Shown here: one piece after another, positions 39,052 to 51,825 of the stretch | Numbering within the stretch: position 1 is the first letter of the stretch | Layout of the letters: each line of letters starts with the position of its first letter | Assembly (NCBI GenBank): GCA_951406725.2 | Contig: OX597836.1 | Location: forward strand, 36,394,001-36,458,000 | DNA from: Octopus vulgaris | Lineage: Eukaryota | Reading direction: 5' to 3' | Length of the DNA stretch: 64,000 bases | The notes under the pieces: model-generated | Databases searched by the model: none | The model's input: the letters and a program-made list of their open reading frames with translations, nothing else | Told to the model about the DNA's origin: nothing | Translations under genes and position numbers: made by a program

Positions 39052-39112
39052 GTGTGTGTGTGTTTGTGTATATATATATATGTGCATATACATATATGTG
39101 TGTGTGTGTTTG

Positions 39113-39183
<71 letters not shown>

Positions 39184-39998
39184 GTATATATAATATATAT
39201 GTATGTATGTATGTATATTCATATATGTGTATCTCTTTGCCTCTGTGTGCGTTTAATAGTGTATGGATGTTTATATTTGTGTGGGTCTACGCATTTTAAC
39301 TTCTATTGATTTTGTCAGGCTTCCTTCAAACCTTCAAAATATATATCAGTGAACGTAAGCCATGCTATATAATTCACGATATCTTTCTATCTTATAAAGA
39401 CCTATTAATGATGGCATGTAGGATGTTTCTTTGCTCATTGTAGACCAAGTATCTGCATTTGAATGTATATATATATATATATATATATATGGGTAATGGT
39501 TTTGTGTGGAGATAGCTTAGTCTTGACTGCTTGTGTACATCTTCTTTGTTCTCACTTGTAATATTGTTTAAAATAAAGTCACGTCCTTGGCTCCTATAGA
39601 TCTTTGCATCGAAACCATTGTAGGTGTTAATGGTAGAACACCTGAGGCTTGGAGAGATAAAACGTGATATCGTATCTGTTAATACACTCCCTTGTTACAC
39701 GTATACAGATTTTCAGGGGATAAAATTTGATGTGGCGGGATTTCAGCACAAAGGTCGTTTTGGAAAGATTCCTAAAGACCTTCTATAAACATTCTGGCGA
39801 GTCTGCTAGTACGCAAGGCTCTTCGTCTATAGTCCAGGGTTGTCCAGTGCTTTGTGAAGAAATTCGGTACAGAAAACTGTCTCGAAACACATCTTAAATA
39901 CCTTACATACGTGTCTGTGTGTATGTCTGTGTCTTTTTTCCTGTTTGACTCTCACACTTGACGACCATAGTTATGTGATCGACAGAACCATTTCCAGA

Positions 39999-40300
39999 TG
40001 TTGTTCCTTCTCGAGCCATGCCTGGCTCATAATGGCCGGTTTCCCGGTTTCTTGGCGTATAGGTTCCCCACCTGGACGGGACGCCGGTCCGTCGCAGGTA
40101 AGCTGCAAGATGCAGGAGGAAAGAGTGAGAGAAAGTTGTGGCGAAAGTATCAGCAGAAGTTTCGCTATTACCTTCTGCCGGAGCCGCGTGGAGCTTAGGT
40201 ATTTCGTTCATAAATGCACACATCATCAGCTCTGAGATTCCAACCTACGATCCCTCGACCGCGAGTCCGCTGCTATAACCACTAGGCCATGTGCCTCCAC
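39999..40300 (-). mobile_element. Family K SINE, tail type 3
   Basis: tRNA head; tail CCTGCGACGGACCGGCGTCCCGTCCAGG; TSD AACCATTTCCAGA. Confidence 0.9.
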
Positions 40301-40543
40301 TAACCATTTCCAGACTGTAACATTTAATACAAGAGTCACTATTTCCGACGAAAATTCTTCACAGATTTGCCCCGGCTTGGCAGCGGTCCTGTGACCGAGA
40401 CAGGTGAAAGGTAATAAATAAATGAATAAGCAATAATTGAAGTCAATTAACTGTAGATATCGCGTGCCGGAAAGAATATTGACAGAATCCTTAGGCAGAC
40501 GATTGAAATGCATTTTAGTATTTATGTTCGTACTTCACCTTCA

Positions 40544-40912
40544 TCAATATCTATAAAGCTGAAATGCGAAAACCTTGTTTAATTTCTTGGTTATTTGTCT
40601 CATTTAGGGATGGGGTCGGAATGGCGTCAAAGTTTACACTGGGGGTAAAATAGAGTGGGCAATTGTGTGAGGAAGGTTGCAAGTCGCTCAGGGCTATCGT
40701 TTGGTTGCCATGGTGAGGCATCTGGGAAAAATTGAGTTTTAAAGAAAATAAAGACGAAGAAAACATTTTTTAGATAAGAAAAAGATAAAGAAGAGGGCAA
40801 TAAAAAGAACCAGGGAAAGAAGACGAACAAAAGAAGAAAGGGAAAAGGAGACAACACGCACATCACAACACCACCACCAAAACCCGAGCGAAGCACGGGT
40901 CAAAATAGCTAG
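40544..40912 (+). mobile_element. Non-autonomous Helitron
   Basis: A|TC start similar to 55618 (…TATAAAGCTGAA); 3' hairpin CCCGAGCGAAGCACGGG then CTAG|T. Confidence 0.7.
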
Positions 40913-43299
40913 TTTTTTGACTAAAAATGGTATAAAAATATTATGGTAGCGCTAACATATTTAATGCAGCGTATTTTAAAAGATTTTTAAATGTCAAGGA
41001 AAAGACAACATTCGGTTAATGACTAACTTGTTTCCTCTATCATTAAGTCTGCTGTGTCACAGTTAACCTGGGGGTTAAAGAAACAACAACTTGTCAAATA
41101 TAATAAATATATAAAACCCATAGATTGTACTTGAGAAGATTTTTGTAATAATTCGATTTAGAAAATCTCCTCAGTGAAGCAGAAACATGAATGCATACGC
41201 TGCAGTGCTGATGACAGAATTACTTAGTAAATGCACATTTCGTACACGAATAGGCGAGATAAATTAGAATTTTTACTAAAAAATCAATAAGTATAATTAA
41301 CTGTTTCTAGAGTTATAGCTTCGTAAATAAGATGAGCAACAACAATAACATACGATGTTGTTTTGCACATAAGCCTTAAAGATTAATGCATTTGATTTAC
41401 CGAGTGCATTTTTCTCCAAGAATGGATTTTGCACTCGAAAATGACTGACATATCTGTGCTAGAGAAAGCAAAAGTAGTTATATGATGCACAAAAAAATCA
41501 CGTGTGATTAATATACCTTTTACATCTATTGTATATTAGAAGTTATCGAACTGTTATATACACAAATAAATGTTTAAAAAAATGGGATATCTAGAGTAAA
41601 ATTAAGTTAAATGCAAAAATACAAGGCAGGAATCAAAATTTTAAGGAAAAATTCCTTAAAGAATTAAGTGTTTATTAACGGAGTAGAATAATTGAAATTT
41701 CAAGGACGTTTTTAGATCAACACTTCACAAAAGATTTTCGGGTTTGAAGGGATATATACACATTGACAACTAATTAAACGGCCACAGTAAAACAAAAACA
41801 TTAAAACCAATATTACAGTTAGGAGTTTTTAATCCAATATAAACATATAAAGCAGTTCGGCATTAGAATATAATATTATATAACAAGGAAGTTTCTTCAA
41901 GAACACTATGAAATAAAAGTAAAAATTCTGTTCAAATTTTAAAAGAAATTATAAATAGGTAATAATACTCAATATACATCTAGCGTGCAAAAGCTCTATT
42001 CATCGTGAGTCAAAATGTTTTTTCAATAATTTTGTTATTTCAAGTACCAAGAACATAATGTATTTTATACACCAATTTCGTAACCGTTTAATATAGGAAG
42101 GAAAATCATTGCCTATGAGACCCTATATATTTGCGAGGCCTCCAGGGCTGGTGGAATGAAATGTAGAAGTTATGCTCAAATAAGGGACCTTGATCTAAAT
42201 ACTTGTGACTGAGTTAAATACATTAATAGACCGAAAAGCAACATGTGACGTTTTACTGGAGGATGGGTTAAATCAAATACAGCAAGAGATTGGGTTAGTT
42301 GGTAAATTATTATAACAGTCTTGACCTGTACTTCATGGTTTATCAACCTAGAAATCACAAAGACAAAATTGAACTGTTCTGAGTTCAGAACACCGTGAGC
42401 TAGTATATTCGCCGTTATACAACATTTGCCAATGAATATGAGTTTGTTAATAAATGAGTGAATATTCTAAGCCTGCGCACCATAAGTACTTGAAGTCTGA
42501 AATGATGGATTTAATATCTGAACGATGCTCTACCTTAGGCTTGAGATATTCCTATAATAATGCAGGATAATGTTATTGAATCACACTTTCACAGAAGAGG
42601 AGAAAACTTAGCCAACCAATCTATCAGCCCTATCCAACAGCTGGGAAAGGCTATAATAGGATGATATTTATTCAATACCTTACAAGAGAGAGGACGTATA
42701 TAATTGCGATTTTAGGCTGTTGTTGTTAACACATTAATAAGGGAAATTTTAGAAATAGCGCACGAAAGTTTTTATATCGGTTATATTCATTTTCAAATAT
42801 TTCTCTTCCAAATTTTTGAAGCTTATGCATTAATCTTTCATATATAGGAAAGTAGCTCTTTATACGAAACGACTTTTAATTGGATTGCTGGTTGAAAATT
42901 TATTATGCAACTTCATAAACTTCATTTTAATGCTTGGGGTTCTTGAAAGATTCATGTAAATCATAGCTTAGTTAAAACATGTATACGATTAATGAAACGG
43001 AAATCTTTCTGTATATTTATTTCAATGAGTAATTAAAACATTTTATGGGAAATGCACCAGCGACATTTATTTTAGTTTCAGTAAGAGATACACCTGTAAT
43101 ATTTTACTGCATTTGAAGTGAACAAGGAAGTCAAGATGTAAGAAATATGATATAGTGTAATAGATAATATCCAACATTAGGTTAGGCCTATGGCCCGTCA
43201 ATCCACTACTTCCCAACTATTTGTGATCACAATCCATCGCCAGCTGGTCAGACCTGTCATGACTTCACCATTTTATTCATTTTTGCTAGTTGTGTGCGT

Positions 43300-43737
43300 T
43301 TAAGTTAAGTTAATTTTTTGGCTCAAAAAGCAAAACGCAAGGCCATGTAGGGGGACATGGAGTTATGTACAGGGAGGGTGTTCATGCAAACAGTTCAGGC
43401 CATTTCTGGTCCAGAGAGACTTTGAACTAACTGAGCGGTCGCCGGCATCTTCACTATTTCGTCCGGCAGCTTATTCCACGGGCCCACAACCCGGACGGAG
43501 AAAGCTCCTCTCCTTCGATTGAGATGAAATCGTCGCAGATAGAGCTTTTCGGAGTGACCACGCACCCGACGCTCTGCAGCAGGAGTGAAGAACAGCTCTT
43601 TCGAGAGGTTACACTTTCCGTTTATGATGTTGTGAGCGAGAATGAGATCACCACGGCGTCGTCGTTTTTCTAGAGAATAAAGGTCGAGCGTCTTCAGCCT
43701 TTCTTCATAAGACAAATGCTTGAGACCAAGAACCATG
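43300..43737 (-). mobile_element. 5'-truncated CR1-clade LINE 3' end
   Basis: GLKHLSYEERLKTLDLYSLEKRRRRGDLI...RGHSEKL...FSVRVVGPWNKLP; (AACTT)n tail; TGCGTTT flanks. Confidence 0.92.
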
Positions 43738-44320
43738 CGTTTGAGTAACGTGAAATGTTGTCTTTTTGTGCAACAGCACAACGCATCGACAGATCCAGGA
43801 ATCAAAACCACTCACTTACGATCATGAGTCCAACACTCTAACTTTTAATCAACACACTTCCACTGACAGTGTATATATAATAGCAGTGTATATATAATAA
43901 CTGCTGTAATCCAAAGACGTTGGCGATTACCATGAAAGTAAACTACGACTCGATGATACACGGTTATCTTTGTGATAAGAAATTCAAGAATTTTAATAGA
44001 AGACGTATACAGGAATCAACAAATACTTGTAATTTACAGGTTCATATAAGGGTAGAATATTACATAAAAGGAAAATGGGTCACATAATCAGCTCCGAATG
44101 GATTTAATAGCAAATAGAAATTTCAGAGTTCAATGTTTACTAATGAGAAGTGGGAATCTTCGCTATGATAAGAGTTGAACCAGTAAAATTAAGGTAAAAG
44201 GAACGCATCAAAGAGAAGATATATGAAAGAGTCTACAAAGAGACGGCTGCATTTTCTTGCTCAACATAACTGTTCGGTTGAAAGGGTTATTTAATTTGAA
44301 TTTTAGCTGTTTGATTTAAT

Positions 44321-44567
44321 GGAAGAAGAAGAAGAAGAAAGAAGAAGAAGAGAAAGAAGAAAAAAAAGAAGAAAAGGTAAAGTAGAAGAAGAAGAAGAAG
44401 AAGAAGAAGAAGAAGAAAAAGAAGAAGAAGGTGAAGAAGAAGAAGAAGAAGAAGGTGAAGAAGAAGAAGAAGAAGAAGAAGAAGAAGAAGAAGAAGAAGA
44501 AGAAGAAGAAGAAGAAGAGAAAGAAGAAGAAGAAGGTGGAGAAGGTGAAGAAGAAGAAGAAGAAAAA

Positions 44568-44598
<31 letters not shown>

Positions 44599-44757
44599 AA
44601 GAAGAAGAAGAAGAAGAAGAAGAAGAAGAAGAAGAAGAAGAAGAAGAAGAAGAAGAAGAAGAAGAAGAAGAAGAAGAAGAAGAAGAAGAAGAAGAAGAAA
44701 AAGCCGAAGAAGAAGAAAAAGAGTAAGAAGAAGAGAAGAAAAGGAAGAAGAAGAAGA
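44321..44757. repeat. (GAA)n microsatellite
   Basis: Direct reading. Confidence 0.97.
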
Positions 44758-44852
44758 ATCCTACTTGATACAATGATTTCCAATTTTGGAACGGGGCCTT
44801 CGTTTTCCGGGAACGAAGTAAATCAATTACATTGAAACCCGTGCTCGAATGG

Positions 44853-44978
44853 TACTGTAAATCCTCGAGTATAGTCCGCCCTTGAGTATAATACGCAGGG
44901 GAATTTTAGGGGGCTGTACCTCTGAAAAACCTAAAGCTTGTGTATAATACGCACCCGTTCTCTAACTTGAGTCAAGGA
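44853..44978 (+). mobile_element. Pogo/Tc1-like DNA transposon end
   Basis: TACTGTAAATCCTCGAGTATAGTCCGC terminus with repeated GTATAATACGCA subterminal motifs. Confidence 0.55.
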
Positions 44979-45025
44979 TGTCTACATAACCAACTTATAT
45001 GTTATTCTATAGACATTTACACAAA

Positions 45026-45091
<66 letters not shown>

Positions 45092-45106
45092 ATATGTATA
45101 TATGTA

Positions 45107-45175
<69 letters not shown>

Positions 45176-45690
45176 GTTTAAATATTTGTTGTGCAAGAGT
45201 TTTTATGTGAAGTCGTGTGTTGAAACAGATATTGTTATATTTCGGAATGGTCATATTGCCAGTTTAGCCAATAAAAACACACGCACTATATATTTGGTGT
45301 TATTTTGCTTCAGTGATATTTATTTTTTACATTAATCTTAATCTTATTTTGGCCAAAGTTCTTTCGTCACACTCCTGTGACCGCATCAGTGGTCCTTTGT
45401 TTTCTTCTCACTTACTTGTGTCTCTCCTTACTAACCGTCAGCCATTTTGTATTTCTATTGTATGTCTTCATTTGCGCATGCTTATATCTCTATGTGCGTC
45501 TATGTTTATTTAGTGTGTGTGTGGGGGGAATGCCTGTAATATTTGTATCTTCTGGTTATATACATTCTTGTAATTTGTATTTTGTTTTTGTTGTTGTTGC
45601 TTTTGTTCTAATTTTGTTCATGTGTTTACATCCACCCATTATTATCATTAAATATGCTTGTATGTATGTATAACAACAATATTAGTAATA

Positions 45691-46202
45691 TTAGTGAACT
45701 GGCGTACCGCTTTAGAAGGACCCTAGATAAACTTAAACTAAGAATTAAAGTTGTTGAAAAGCCAGGCAACCCTATCAGATCTATAATTGGTAGAACCTAT
45801 CCTTTTAGTAGAACCCTCTGTACGGATAACTATTGCACTGTATGTAGATTTAGCCCACAAACAAACTGTAAAGCCAGAAATGTGGTCTATAGTATAAGAT
45901 GTATAGAGGGACGATGCAGTAACAAGACAGTAACATACGTAGGGGAAACAGCAAGAAGCATTGGAGAGCGGGTGAATGAACATTGGAGACAACTCAAGGA
46001 AGGTAAAAGCTCATCGATTATGTACCAACACACCGAACAAGAACACGGAGGATCAACCAATAACATAGAGATTAAGATATTGTCCACACATAGAAAAGAT
46101 GCAACAATTAGACAAATTACAGAAGCTACACATATAATAGAAAATAAACCTAGCCTGAATAGAAAACTAGAATGGAGCAATAGCACACACCACAACATAT
46201 GA
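45691..46202 (+). pseudogene. GIY-YIG endonuclease domain of a Penelope-like element (open but 5'-truncated)
   Basis: CxxxxCxxC linker, NVVYSIRC..YVGETARSIGERVNEH, RQITEA, LNRKLEW; the first 12 aa of the tracked ORF come from the inverted repeat. Confidence 0.92.
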
Positions 46203-46322
46203 CGATAGTGGATCCTGCAAACATAATAAATACACAGATAATTAAAGAAATAGAAATGAATAACTATATATATGTATATGTGTGTATATATATATATATG
46301 TATATGTGTATATATGTGTGTA

Positions 46323-46371
<49 letters not shown>

Positions 46372-46685
46372 TCGATTAGATTTATTATTATTATTACTAA
46401 TATTGTTGTTATACATACATACAAGCATATGTAATGATAATAATGGGTTGATGTAAACACATGAACAAAATTAGAACAAAAGCAACAACAACAAAAACAA
46501 AATACAAATTACAAGAATGTATATAACCAGAAGATACAAATATTACAGGCATCCCCCCACACACACACTAAATAAACATAGACGCACATAGAGATATTAG
46601 CATGCGCAAATGAAGACATACAATAGAAATACAAAATGGCTGACGGTTAGTAAGGAGAGACACAAGTAAGTGAGAAGAAAACAAA

Positions 46686-46730
46686 GGACCACTGATGCGG
46701 TCACAGGAGTGTGACGAAAGAACTTTGGCC
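46686..46730 (+). ncRNA. Minimal type I hammerhead-like motif (mirror copy at ~45350-45395, -)
   Basis: GGACCA-CTGATGCG-GTCAC-AGGAGT-GTGAC-GAAA-GAAC-TT-TGGCC. Confidence 0.6.
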
Positions 46731-46848
46731 GAAATAAGATTAAGATTAATGTAAAAAATAAATATCACTGAAGCAAAATAACACCAAATATATAGTGCGT
46801 GTGTTTTTATTGGCTAAACTGGCAATATGACCATTCCGAAATATAACA

Positions 46849-46880
<32 letters not shown>

Positions 46881-46889
46881 GTATATATG

Positions 46890-46926
<37 letters not shown>

Positions 46927-48648
46927 TTAGGTCCAGGTGGAACTAACAGAATAGAATAGAGAGGAATAAAGTAAAACAAAAACAAATTAGAAAAGAAAAG
47001 GACAAATGAATTGGGGAATTATTATTATTATTTCGGACTTAATCTTTGGAATAAGATGAAATCAGTAAAATATTATCCATCATAGAAATACACTCCAGCT
47101 TCAAAATAATAAATTGGATTTTATATAAATTGAATTAGTTGGACAACAAAGCTGGGGAACTAACAACGGTGTTTCAATGATGAATTCCTTAGCAGCTGAT
47201 ATAGGTGGTATAAACAAAGTGCACATGAATGAAAATTGTTACAAGCAAGTAAAGAGAGTTTGTAAGAGAAAATACAAGGAAGAGCCTGTGCATGAAAGAT
47301 ATAGTACAAACTGAAAGCTAACTACATTGAAATATAACCTAAGAGGCAGGTGAGAAATGCATTAGAAAGAGCGAATGACAAAATGGAATTAGAAATTTCA
47401 AATGTATCAAATGAGGAGAAAAGAGAACAGAATCATGGCATTTCTAGTGCCATGTAAGTATGGAGCGAAAAAATAACTAAGCCACAATGAAAACCAACAA
47501 TTATTCAATATTAGAAACAGGTGTGGTTTTAGCAACACAAGACCTGTTCGCCGCTAGCATAAGGAAATAAAATATAAGTGAAAATGTAAAAAGATATTAG
47601 TTTTGATATATCAATTTAAAGTATGCATTCACAATTTCTCTTTACCCAGATCTGGAAAATTGTGTGAGAATATATATATTATTAATTCAGCAGCTATTTT
47701 CAGTGAGTTACGAATCAACCGACACTTCGATCTGTGATGTAGCATTGGGTGTGTGAGATGAGCGCCCAGCCGAGTGCACCGGTTATGCATATGCATGTTT
47801 ACTGCAGTCGGAGATATGTTACGCTTAAGGATGTGCTCTGCCACTTTAGCTATTGCATCTTGCAACTAAATTTCAGGGTACAACATTCACGTCGACTTGA
47901 AAATTGAAATGAAGTGGTGTAGGTACGTCAGAAATAAATTCTAAGTCTACGATCTAGATACTATAAAACGGAGCATCACTACCCATATACACTGTATACA
48001 CTGTAGCATTATCCATACGTTGATTCTATTATTGCTCGGAGGATGATCGAGATACTATTAACGTACATGAAACATGAAATGTTACGAGGGTTATGAAACA
48101 GTATTACTAATAAATGGAACACTAGTTATGATAAAAAAATATTTGAATCACACAGAAACGACAGATGTAACTACGAAATTTCTAGCTGGTGAAATCATAC
48201 TAAATGTATCAGAAATCTACAGAAAAAAAAACGTTATACAATACAGAGAACACAATTCCAGTAAAATTAGAGCCGACAATAACGCAATGTGCACAACTCA
48301 CTTTACACATTCTTACATAATGAACATCCAATACTATTGTACCAACAATATAAAAAAAAACATAGCATTGCACAAGCCCTCCATCCAGCAAAATAATACA
48401 ACTCACACTAACATAATGCCAAAATAAAAATATATATGAAGATAAAGCTCTTTAGCTCAGGGAATCAGAGCGCTACGCCATGCAAACTCAGCGCTAACCA
48501 CGCAACGGTGACGTTGCAAAACCTGAAGATTCCTATTACCTGACAAATGATGGCTTATTATGAAACTGGTTGAGATTTTAGAGAGTTAAGGAAGAGAAAA
48601 TAGTAATGTGCACCAACCTTAGAATACAACCAATATATAACAAAACTT

Positions 48649-48950
48649 GTGGAGGCACATGGCCTAGTCGTTAGAGCAGCGGACTCGCGGTCGAGGTATC
48701 GCGGGTTCGAATCCCAGACCGGGTGATGTGTGTGTTTATGAGCGAAACACCTAAGTTCGACGCGGCTCCGGCGGAAGGTAACGACGAAACTTCTGCTGAC
48801 TCTTTCGCCACAACTTTCTCTCATTCTTTCCTACTGCATCTTGCAGCTTACCTGCGACGGACCGGCGTCCCGTCCAGGCGAGGAACCTTTACGCCAAGAA
48901 ACCGGGAAACCGGCCCTTATGAGCCAGGCATGGCTCGAGAAGGAACAACC
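48649..48950 (+). mobile_element. Family K SINE, tail type 3
   Basis: A/B boxes TGGCCTAGTCGT, GGTTCGAATCCC; TSD ATAACAAAA(A)CTT; homologous to 39999-40300. Confidence 0.9.
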
Positions 48951-48959
48951 ATAACAAAA

Positions 48960-49750
48960 ACTTAGTTTTACTGGGAACTGGTACTGTTTAAATTGAAAGA
49001 AGAGTTCAGGTGGAATTACGGGATCCGTAGAAGGAAGACATCCTCACCCGTATATTTGCTTCTAGGATATGTGGTTATATCGCTTTCACCACCACTCTGG
49101 TGCCATTGCATAGACAAGATGGATTCAGATTCCTGAGCAGCATGATTGGGGTCCCCCTTTTTAAGTGTTAATTTATGTGGCGGCATCCTAGATGGCTGTA
49201 GAAAATTCGGGAACTCAGGTGAAAAAAACCCACAGCGTTTTCCTCATCAATGATAGCGTCGATCAATTTGAAAGACTGTTCTTGTCCTAGCAACAGCTGC
49301 AAGAGATCCCAATTAATTTTGCCTCCAGCATCATTACGTGGAGGTAAAATAGCTCTCACAGCCATTGACTTCTCCTAAAGTGTTGTGCAATGTTTGGAAA
49401 CATGTGCATTTTGAGATCACTGACAGTTGGTATCATCTCACCACAGGGTAACTCGTGTTTCTGTTGCTGTTGCAATTCTCCATATAAATGATAGCAAAGT
49501 GAGTATCAAATGAAATTAAAATCCTGGCTCAGTGACAGATCGATCATGTGTGTAAAGTTTTAACGATTTTGTTCACAGCATATTCTCTCTTGCAATTAAA
49601 TTTTGAAAAAGAGAGAAAATGTCACCCTCCCATGAGAAATTACGTTAGCTTGGCTCGTGTAGGTTGCATGGCATCGCCTGTAACACTTTCCAATGTCTAA
49701 TATGTACATGTACGATCTTTAGTGGGTATTCCTTCGCTACAAACAGTATA
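48960..49750 (-). mobile_element. Helitron Pif1-like helicase remnant
   Basis: RAILPPRND..INWDLL, PHKLTLK.GTPIMLLRNLNPSCLCNGTRVVVK, GEDVFLLRIP, FQFKQYQFPVKL, with frameshifts. Confidence 0.88.
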
Positions 49751-50680
49751 GTTGTCAACCTCGGTCACAGGAGATCAGATAATTGTTCGTGAATTTCCAT
49801 AAAAATTTTATTTCTTTACTCTCTTTGGAAGGCGACATTTGCTTTAATGAGTCGAAAGCGAAAGGAGAGGAGAAAGGGAAAGATGTATGTACGCGTATAT
49901 AAAATGGAAGTGTGCATGCGTGAGAGAGAGAGAGAGAGAAAGACAGACAGACAGACAGACAGCTAGAGAGAGAGACATTAAGTGAGTTAAGGTGTGTGTT
50001 GTCATCTATATTTTTTGCATGTAAGTGTAAGTAGCTCTCTCTCTCTCCATCTCTCATACATGCACACACACATCGTTTATATAAAGTACATGCATACATA
50101 TCTTTTGTATGGGTGTGAGTGTGTGGCAGAGAGATAGAAAGAGAGTAAGCGAGTGAAGGTTGTGTTGTCGAGTATAAGTAAGGGATCACTTTCACACATA
50201 CTCTCTTTAATTTACACGTAAATACATAGATATTAAGGCATACATCTTCTTTGTATGTCTGTGTGTGTGGGTGAGAGAGGGAGAGAGAGAGAGAGAGAGA
50301 GAGAATGAAGATGTCTCTTTGACATGTATACAGTTTTTTTGGATGTATGTGTAAGTGGCACTCTCTGTCTCACACATACCCGCACACATTATCTTTCATA
50401 TACACGTACATATATACAAACATATGTATACATCGTTTTTGTATGTGAGTGTGCATGAGAGAGGGAGAGAGAAAGGGTGAGTGAGAGCCACTCACATAAC
50501 AACACGCCTTCACTCACTCGCTCTATCACACACACATACGTCCATCATTCACTCTTTCCTCTCTTTCAATTTCTGCTCTCGAAGTAACGCAAGGATACCA
50601 TGGACGGTTAAGAGGGAAAGGTCCCTTGAACTCCGTTCCCCTTTACCTGGTGATATAATTGAGAAGGTTATAGATTTAAA

Positions 50681-51022
50681 GTGAAGGCGCATGGCTAAGT
50701 GGTTAGAGCTTCGAGCTTACGATCGTGAGGTTGTGAGCTCGAATCCCGGACCGGGCTGCGTGTTGTGTTCTTGAGTAAGACACTTTATTTCACGTTGCTC
50801 CAGTTCACTCAGCTGTAGAAATGAGTTGCGACGTCACGGGTGCCAAGCTGTATTGGCCCCTTTGCTTTTCCCTTGGATAACATCAGTGGCGTGGAGAGGG
50901 GTGGCCGGTATGCATGGGCGGCTGCTGGTCTTCCATAAACAACCTTGCCCAGACTTGTAACTAGGAGGGTAACTTTCTAGGTGCAATCCCATGGTCAGTG
51001 TCGTGACCGAAGAGGTGCCGAC
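50681..51022 (+). mobile_element. CORE-type SINE with a different tail
   Basis: Head + GTGTTCTTGAGTAAGACACTTTATTTCACGTTGCTCCAG; TSD TATAGATTTAAA. Confidence 0.88.
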
Positions 51023-51752
51023 TATAGATTTAAAATTGTAATATCCAGTCGAGTTGCTCCAATATAAGTCGAGTTGCTCCAAGAATATTAAAAATATCTA
51101 AGGTAAGTTATCATCTTATAATATTTTTCAATCCGTTTCCAAGAATAAATACTCACATCGGATTTAAATGTGAAACATCAAGTGTTAATAAGGCGAGTTG
51201 TTCCAAAAATATCCAAAATATGTATTGGAAGTTTATCAATTTATAGCATTTCCTAATCTTTATCCAAATAGAAATAGTCACATCAGAATTAAGTATGAAA
51301 TATAGAGTGTACTCTAACTAATCTCATTAGGTCCATTCCACGAATAATTATTTGAATAATTCATGTAGAAATCTCTAACCTATGTCACGGAAATATTGAA
51401 CTTTAAAATTTATCAATCATATCGTATTAGTTGAAAGATACCCTAGAGTGTATATTGCCTAAACGACCGAATGAATAAATGATTTATATCAGCGTAATAA
51501 GAGTTTTCACCGGGAGTGCTTCCGTATGAAGACCTATCGTTATTTAGAAAACTTACTGTTTCTTTTTCTTCTGAAATTTACATAAGTTGTGTGTAACATC
51601 GAATTTTAAGTTTTACATTATAGCAATACCATTTATTTACATTATTTCCGTTCGACGGATATTTGTCCTCCAGCCTTCATCAGATGTCTTCGAGAAATTT
51701 CGAACCTGGGTTATCATTTCTAAGGTATTTTTCGATGTTGTTGTTGTTTCTG

Positions 51753-51825
<73 letters not shown>

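Larger units (their letters stand above)
45175..46852 (+). mobile_element. 5'-truncated Penelope-like element (Naiad-like) with inverted pseudo-LTRs, in (TA)n
   Basis: ~460-bp inverted repeats 45229-45690/46392-46852 flanking a GIY-YIG ORF; 54-bp one-sided extension. Confidence 0.92.

Noticed and set aside
44303-44835. Poly-S/F/E/K ORFs (also 29264-29600)
   Set aside because: (GAA)n tracts.
46203-46852. SECIS element or selenocysteine recoding as in some Naiad elements
   Set aside because: No in-frame UGA in the retained ORF and no convincing AUGA/AA/GA stem seen; SECISearch would settle it.
47030-47550. Further R4/Dong remnant (ETGVVLATQD)
   Set aside because: Too decayed to delimit; single weak motif.
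48649-48725. Functional tRNA genes at SINE heads
   Set aside because: Imperfect acceptor stems, continue into SINE bodies, flanked by TSDs.
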